A stretch of DNA of 64,000 nt from Eledone cirrhosa (taxonomy: Eukaryota), in assembly GCA_964016885.1 (NCBI GenBank), contig OZ024762.1, positions 7,626,001 to 7,690,000 of the forward strand, read 5' to 3'. Both the position numbers and the translations under genes were made by a program. The notes under the pieces were generated by a model, which ran no database searches, was not told where the DNA came from, and saw only the letters and a program-made list of their open reading frames with translations. This document shows positions 53,346 through 64,000 of this stretch, piece by piece; within the stretch, counting starts at the first letter, position 1, and each line of letters begins with the position of its first letter.

Positions 53346-54112
53346 TATATATATATATATGTATACATACTGGTGATGATATACATGTATGCAACGTGGG
53401 CGGGAGTTCCTCTCGAAATTCGAAAGGGTTGGCATGCGTGGCGTGGCTATGAAATAATTATTGAACATTCCTTGGGTCTATGTGGGCCAAAGAACAATCT
53501 ACTGGCAGGACCCCCCCTCCACTGACTGAACCTTTAATTGGTCCTTGCTGTTGTTGTTGTTGTTGTTGTTGTTGTTGTGGTGGTGGTGCTGTTGTTGTTT
53601 CTGTTGCCCTATTTTAAAATCTTTACAATTTTCCAGGTACAATGTTTTTATTGCTGAGGTTATTACTGTTGTTGTTGTTGTTGTTGTTGCTGTTGTTACT
53701 ATTGTTGTTGTTGTTGCTGTTGTTACTGTTGTTGTTGTTGTTGTTGTTGTTGTTGCTGCTACTATTGTTGCTGTTGTTGTTGTTGTTGTTGCTATTGTTG
53801 TTGTTGCTATTGTTGTTGTTGCTATTGTTGTTGGTGTTGTTGCTGTTGTTGCTATTGTTGCTGTTGTTGCTGTTGTTGCTATTGTTGTTGTTGTTGCTGT
53901 TGTTGCTATTGTTGTTGTTGTTGCTGTTGTTGCTATTGTTGTTGTTGTTGCTGTTGTTGTTGTTGTTGCTGTTGTTGCTATTGTTGTTGTTGCTGTTGTT
54001 GCTGTTGTTGCTAGTTATTGCATTGAAGTGAGAACAATTTCAGACAAAATGCCAAGAAGCAATTCGTTAAATATAAATATATAGAGCTTTATAGAGTTAC
54101 ATATATCATATA

Positions 54113-54159
<47 letters not shown>

Positions 54160-54188
54160 TCACACACACACACATTTATATATATATA

Positions 54189-54463
<275 letters not shown>

Positions 54464-54646
54464 GTATATATATATATACATCTACATACATATCACACAC
54501 ACATACAGAAATATGTACAACCACACACATCGATGCATGCACTGTATCAACTTACACATTATATACATATACATATATTTACAGAAAAGTAATGTGTACA
54601 CTGGTATACGCACTCATACGGACAACACACACTGTGAAGATATTTA

Positions 54647-54682
<36 letters not shown>

Positions 54683-54721
54683 AACATGTATATATATATG
54701 TATGAATGTATATGTATATAA

Positions 54722-54767
<46 letters not shown>

Positions 54768-54791
54768 ATGTATATATATATATATGTATGA

Positions 54792-54841
<50 letters not shown>

Positions 54842-54865
54842 ATGTATATATATATGTATGTATGA

Positions 54866-54909
<44 letters not shown>

Positions 54910-54929
54910 ATGTATATATATATGTATGA

Positions 54930-54967
<38 letters not shown>

Positions 54968-55101
54968 TCATATTATATATACATGTTTATATATGTATAT
55001 ATATATATATACATATATGCATATATATATATATATATATATATGCATACATACATATATGCATACATATATAAATATATGTATATATATATATGTATAA
55101 A

Positions 55102-55193
<92 letters not shown>

Positions 55194-55354
55194 ACACACA
55201 TATATATATATAAAATATATATATATATTTATAAATATCTATATATCTATTTATACATATATATATATATATACATATATTTATACATATATATATAGAC
55301 ATATATTTATATATATATACATGTATTTGTATATATTTATCTATCTATAAATAA

Positions 55355-55437
<83 letters not shown>

Positions 55438-55667
55438 TATGTATGTGTTTGTATATTTATTATCACTGACGAGGTCGATGATGCACCGAGGCAAGGCGCA
55501 AGACGTTGATGCTATCATGGTAAAGATGAATAAAGCACAAGAGGAACAGTAGGAGGGTGGGGGGAGATCGGTAACAATAGGTATGTGTTCCGATATATCG
55601 TTAGATATGACTCTACCAAAAGCAATACGACAACACATACACACAACTCATGCATACACACACACTC

Positions 55668-55698
<31 letters not shown>

Positions 55699-55760
55699 TG
55701 CATTTATACATATACATATATATACATATATATATATATATATGCATTTATACATATACA

Positions 55761-55878
<118 letters not shown>

Positions 55879-55918
55879 TATACATATATATATATATATA
55901 TGCATTTATACATATACA

Positions 55919-55986
<68 letters not shown>

Positions 55987-56000
55987 TTTATACATATACA

Positions 56001-56094
<94 letters not shown>

Positions 56095-56143
56095 TATATA
56101 TAAATAAATATATATATATATATATATACATATTTATATATAT

Positions 56144-56218
<75 letters not shown>

Positions 56219-56929
56219 GGACGTTTATTCTTTGACGATGATAATTTTTTCATTTTTTAAAACATTTACTGTTTAATGTCGGATTTATAGTTTTATATAA
56301 ATTCGACCCCTCCCCATATATATATTTATATATACACACACACACACATATATATATACACATACATGCATACATTCATATATATATATATATATATATA
56401 TACATGCATACATACATTCATGTATGTATATATATATATGCATAAAAATTATTCTTAAAATGATTCTATCCATTGTCTTGTCTCTCTATATATATATATA
56501 TATCTGGCCATATATAGTCAGGCATTCCGTAAGTCCTGTCGAATCAGGTCGAATCCAGTGGAATCCAGTTGAATCCAGTTTAGTCTAGACCAGCCGACCA
56601 ACCAACAAAAATGGCGGCTGTCTAGACAAATACAAAACAAAGGACAAAATCAAAACAAAACAACGAAAAATATAAAAAAAACCTTAACAAAAATGAAAGA
56701 ATAAAGAAGGCAGTTCCATTTTTTTTTTTTCAGAGATATTAAGGATTCGGACCGGATTAGTCCATTCTCGCATGGGTTAGTCCATTCTCGCGTGGGTTAG
56801 TCCTTGTTCTCGTTCTCTCTCCTCCAACCATACTTTTTGTTGTGTGTTATTAGTTAGATCTCTTTATATTTTATATAGTTCATATATTTCATTATATACA
56901 GGAGATTAAATATATATATATATAAATAT

Positions 56930-57000
<71 letters not shown>

Positions 57001-57058
57001 ATTTTTTTTCTTATATATCATAAAGCATGCATGCAAACATGCACATATAAATACTCAC

Positions 57059-57166
<108 letters not shown>

Positions 57167-57324
57167 GTATATATATATATGTATAAGAATATGTGCGTCT
57201 GTCTGTCTTTGTGCTACACATAGTTCTGTAGATATTTGAGCTTTTAGAAGGAAATTTCTCATTTAAATATGGAAGGAATGCAGAAGTTAGGTACCTGCGA
57301 GGGTGGCCGGGCAGCCATTAGCTC

Positions 57325-58650
57325 CGTTGTGTGGTGTGGTGTTGTGTTGTGGTATGGTGTTGTGTGGTGTTGTGTGGTGGTATGGTGTTGTGTGGTGTTG
57401 TGTTGTGTTGTGTTGTGGTATGGTATTGTGTTGTCGTATGGTGTTGTGTGGTGTTGTGTGGTGGTATGGTGTTGTGTTGTGTGGTGTTGTGTTGTGTTGT
57501 GTTGTGGTATGGTGTTGTGTTGTGTGGTGTTGTGTTGTGTTGTGGTATGGTGTTGTGTTGTCGTATGGTGTTGTGTGGTGGTATGGTGTTGTGTTGTGTG
57601 GTGTTGTGTTGTGTTGTGGTATGGTGTTGTGTCGTCGTATGGTGTTGTGTGGTGTTGTGTGGTGGTATGGTGTTGTGTGGTGTGGTGTGGTGTTGTGTTG
57701 TGGTATGGTGTTGTGTTGTGGTATGGTGTTGTGTGGTGTTGTGTGGTGTTGTGTGGTGTTGTGGTGTGGTGTGGTATTGTGTTGTGTGATATTTTAGTTT
57801 ACCTGCGTGTTGTTAGTCAATCGTAGTAGTACAGATAAATGTATGTAGTGGTGTGTATTGTAGAGTGGTTATGGTGCAAATATGTAGTACAGATGTGTGT
57901 GTGTGTTGTGTTCTGTAGAGTTGTTGTAGTACCGTCGTGTAGCACAGTTGTGTAGCACAGACGTGTGTGTGTTGAGTATGTTGTGGGTGTATCGTAGTTG
58001 TAGCACAGTCGTGTAGCACAGATGTGTAGTACAGACAGGTGTGTGTTGAGTATGTTGTGTTGTGTAGTGTAGTTGTAGCACAGTCGTGTAGCACAGTTGT
58101 GTAGTACAGACATGTGTGTATGTTGTGTGTGTTGTGTAGTGTAGTGTAGTTGTAGCACAGTCGTGTAGCACAGTTGTGTAGTACAGACATGTGTGTATGT
58201 TGTGTGTGTTGTGTAGTGTAGTTGTAGCACAGTCGTGTAGCACAGTTGTGTAGCACAGACATGTGTGTATGTTGTGTGTGTTGTGTTGTGTAGTTGTAGC
58301 ACAGTCGTGTAGCACAGTTGTGTAGCACAGACATGTGTGTATGTTGTGTGTGTTGTGTTGTGTAGTTGTAGCACAGTCGTGTAGCACAGTTGTGTAGCAC
58401 AGACATGTGTGTATGTTGTGTGTGTTGTGTAGTGTAGTTGTAGCACAGCCGTGTAGCACAGTTGTGTAGCACAGACGTGTGTGTGTTGAGTATGTTGTGG
58501 GTGTGTTGTAGTTGTAGCAGAGTCGTGTACCACAGTTGTGTAGTACAGACAGGTGTGTGTTGAGTATGTTGTGTTGTGTAGTGTAGTTGTAGCACAGTCG
58601 TGTAACACAGACAGGTGTGTGTTGAGTATGTTGTGGGTGTGTTGTACTAG
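57325..58650. repeat. GT-rich pentamer satellite (57325-57790) and a 72-bp minisatellite (57900-58650)
   Basis: gtgtt/gtgtg pentamers; 24-aa periodicity in the minus-strand ORFs. Confidence 0.9.
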
Positions 58651-58682
58651 TCAGAGATCTCAATATACACGCGAGAGCTCAC

Positions 58683-61630
<2,948 letters not shown>

Positions 61631-61659
61631 CTGAGGGGGGTCGGGGAGAAAAGCAGGTT

Positions 61660-61936
61660 GATGGTGGTGGTGGTGGTGTTGTTGGTGTTGGTGGTGGTGG
61701 TGGTGGTGTTGGTAGTGGTGGTGTTGGTGTTGGTGTTGGTGGTGGTGATGGTGGTGGTGGTGGTGGTGTTGGTGTTGGTTGGTGGTGGTGGTGTTGGTAG
61801 TGGTGGTGTTGGTGTTGTTGTTGGTGGTGGTGGTGGTGGTGGTGGTGTTGGTGTTGGTTGGTGGTGATGGTGGTGGTGGTGGTGGTGGTGTTGGTGTTGG
61901 TTGGTGGTGGTGGTGTTGGTAGTGGTGGTGTTGGTG

Positions 61937-61968
<32 letters not shown>

Positions 61969-62279
61969 GTTGGTGTTGGTTGGTGGTGATGGTGGTGGTG
62001 GTGGTGTTGGTGTTGGTTGGTGGTGGTAGTGTTGGTAGTGGTGGTGTTGGTGTTGGTGGTGGTAATGGTGGTGGTGGTGGTGGTGTTGGTGTTGGTTGGT
62101 GGTGGTGGTGTTGGTAGTGGTGGTGTTGGTGTTGTTGGTGGTGGTGGTGGTGGTGGTGGTGTTGGTGTTGGTTGGTGGTGGTGGTGGTGGTGGTGTTGGT
62201 GTTGGTTGGTGGTGGTGGTGTTGGTGGTGGTGATGGTGGTGGTGGTGGTGTTGGTGTTGGTTGGTGGTGGTGGTGTTGG

Positions 62280-62310
<31 letters not shown>

Positions 62311-62582
62311 GGTGTTGGTGTTGGTTGGTGGTGGTGGTGTTGGTAGTGGTGGTGTTGGTGTTGGTGTTGGTGGTGGTGATGGTGGTGGTGGTGGTGTTGG
62401 TGTTGGTTGGTGGTGGTGGTGTTGGTAGTGGTGGTGTTGGTGTTGGTGTTGGTGTTGGTGATGGTGGTGGTGGTGGTGTTGGTGTTGGTGGTGGTGGTTT
62501 TGGTGTTGGTGTTGGTGGTGGTGGTGGTGTTGGTGTTGGTGGTGGTGGTGGTGGTGGTGGTGGTGGTGGTGGTGGTGTTGTT
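61660..62582. repeat. (GGT/GTT)n G-rich compound microsatellite
   Basis: Direct reading; others at 18445-18950, 21365-21700, 30360-30700, 36060-36250, 53640-54010. Confidence 0.95.
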
Positions 62583-62689
62583 AGTGTCGGATGATGTTTG
62601 GAGAGAGAGAAAAAGAAAAAAAGCGAAACAAACAGGAAATTAGTCATCACAGCTTCTGAGACAATTTATTAACAAAATAAAGCAAAACA

Positions 62690-62812
<123 letters not shown>

Positions 62813-62869
62813 GTGTATATATATGGGCATATATATATATATATATAGAGAGAGAGGTGTATATATATG

Positions 62870-62993
<124 letters not shown>

Positions 62994-63031
62994 CGTGTAT
63001 ATATATGGGCATATATATATATATATGGGCA

Positions 63032-63065
<34 letters not shown>

Positions 63066-63067
63066 CA

Positions 63068-63158
<91 letters not shown>

Positions 63159-63573
63159 GTGTATATATATGGGCATATATATATATATATATATATGGGC
63201 ATCTCTATATATATATATACAAGGATTCAGTGTTGCATCATAGCATATTTAAAAACATATATTAAAACATTGTCTGACTTTGATGAGCAGATGTGTAAAA
63301 CTGCTGATGCAACATATTGGAATTCGAATTGTCCAAAAACATCGGTCGGATTAGCAGTTCTAGATGTAATCACTTACACATTAACGAAACACGTGGCAGT
63401 TATATAATAAATATTAATCCTTCAATTATGAAATTGGTGTATTCATGTAATTTATTAATTTTAAATATATATATATATACCTATACTTATATATATACGT
63501 ATATATATAGGTATATATATATACCTATACTTATATATATATATATATATAAGTATAGGTATATATATATATA

Positions 63574-63610
<37 letters not shown>

Positions 63611-63880
63611 CGAAGGAATTGTGGTAAGGAACCAGATGGACCATAACGCACCAAAGTACTCAATACTTGGTGTAGTAGAGTGGGTAATAGGAACAAGTAT
63701 GACCCAGACGGCAGAGCTCAAGCCGTTTCGACGGCTATTTCTGTCCAGAAATAGCCGTCGAAACGGCTTGATCTCTGCTGTCGGGGTCATACCTGTTCCT
63801 ATATATATATATATATATATATTGTTATACTTGGGGAGGGTCATATTTGTGTAATATGTATAGGTATATATATGTATAGG

Positions 63881-63916
<36 letters not shown>

Positions 63917-63921
63917 TATAT

Positions 63922-64000
63922 AAGGAGCAGATATTGCAATAGCCTGGCCTTCAAAGGCCCTCAACTCTTCAACGAGCTGCCAAGGGATTTGAGAGATCCG
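63922..64000 (+). mobile_element. CR1-group LINE ORF2 3' fragment, continuing beyond the window
   Basis: RYCNSLAFKGPQLFNELPRDLRD. Confidence 0.65.

Noticed and set aside
55461-55512. CTGACGA with a stem II-like hairpin
   Set aside because: GAGG instead of GAAA and no proper cleavage triplet.

Overview
AT-rich, microsatellite-laden eukaryotic DNA. The repeat content (tRNA-derived CORE-type SINEs, RTE/CR1/CRE LINE fragments, (TA)n arrays) looks like an octopod cephalopod; this is an inference. Reading GT-AG splice sites by hand gives three genes: a complete 7-exon V-ATPase c'' subunit gene (ATP6V0B, minus strand, 216 aa), a complete 6-coding-exon EEF1E1/AIMP3-like gene head-to-head with it (plus strand, 166 aa), and three kinase-domain exons of a RET/FGFR/Tie-type receptor tyrosine kinase (minus strand, 5' part outside the window). 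Nearly all long ORFs in the supplied track are microsatellite artefacts. The most interesting signal is a set of about ten sequence-unrelated fold-back (inverted-repeat) elements, mostly docked in (TA)n tracts. Several carry minimal type I hammerhead ribozyme motifs in both orientations (CUGANGA, stem II, GAAA, short or palindromic stem III, NUH, stem I), two of them followed by AATAAA. They include a clean pair in an RTK intron (59.9-60.1 kb), a pair with a compensatory U3-A8 core (52.4-52.7 kb), and a 50-bp tandem array built from hammerhead halves about 100-430 nt downstream of the ATP6V0B stop codon. They resemble Penelope-like retroelement pLTR derivatives. All structures were folded by eye and none has been computationally or experimentally verified.
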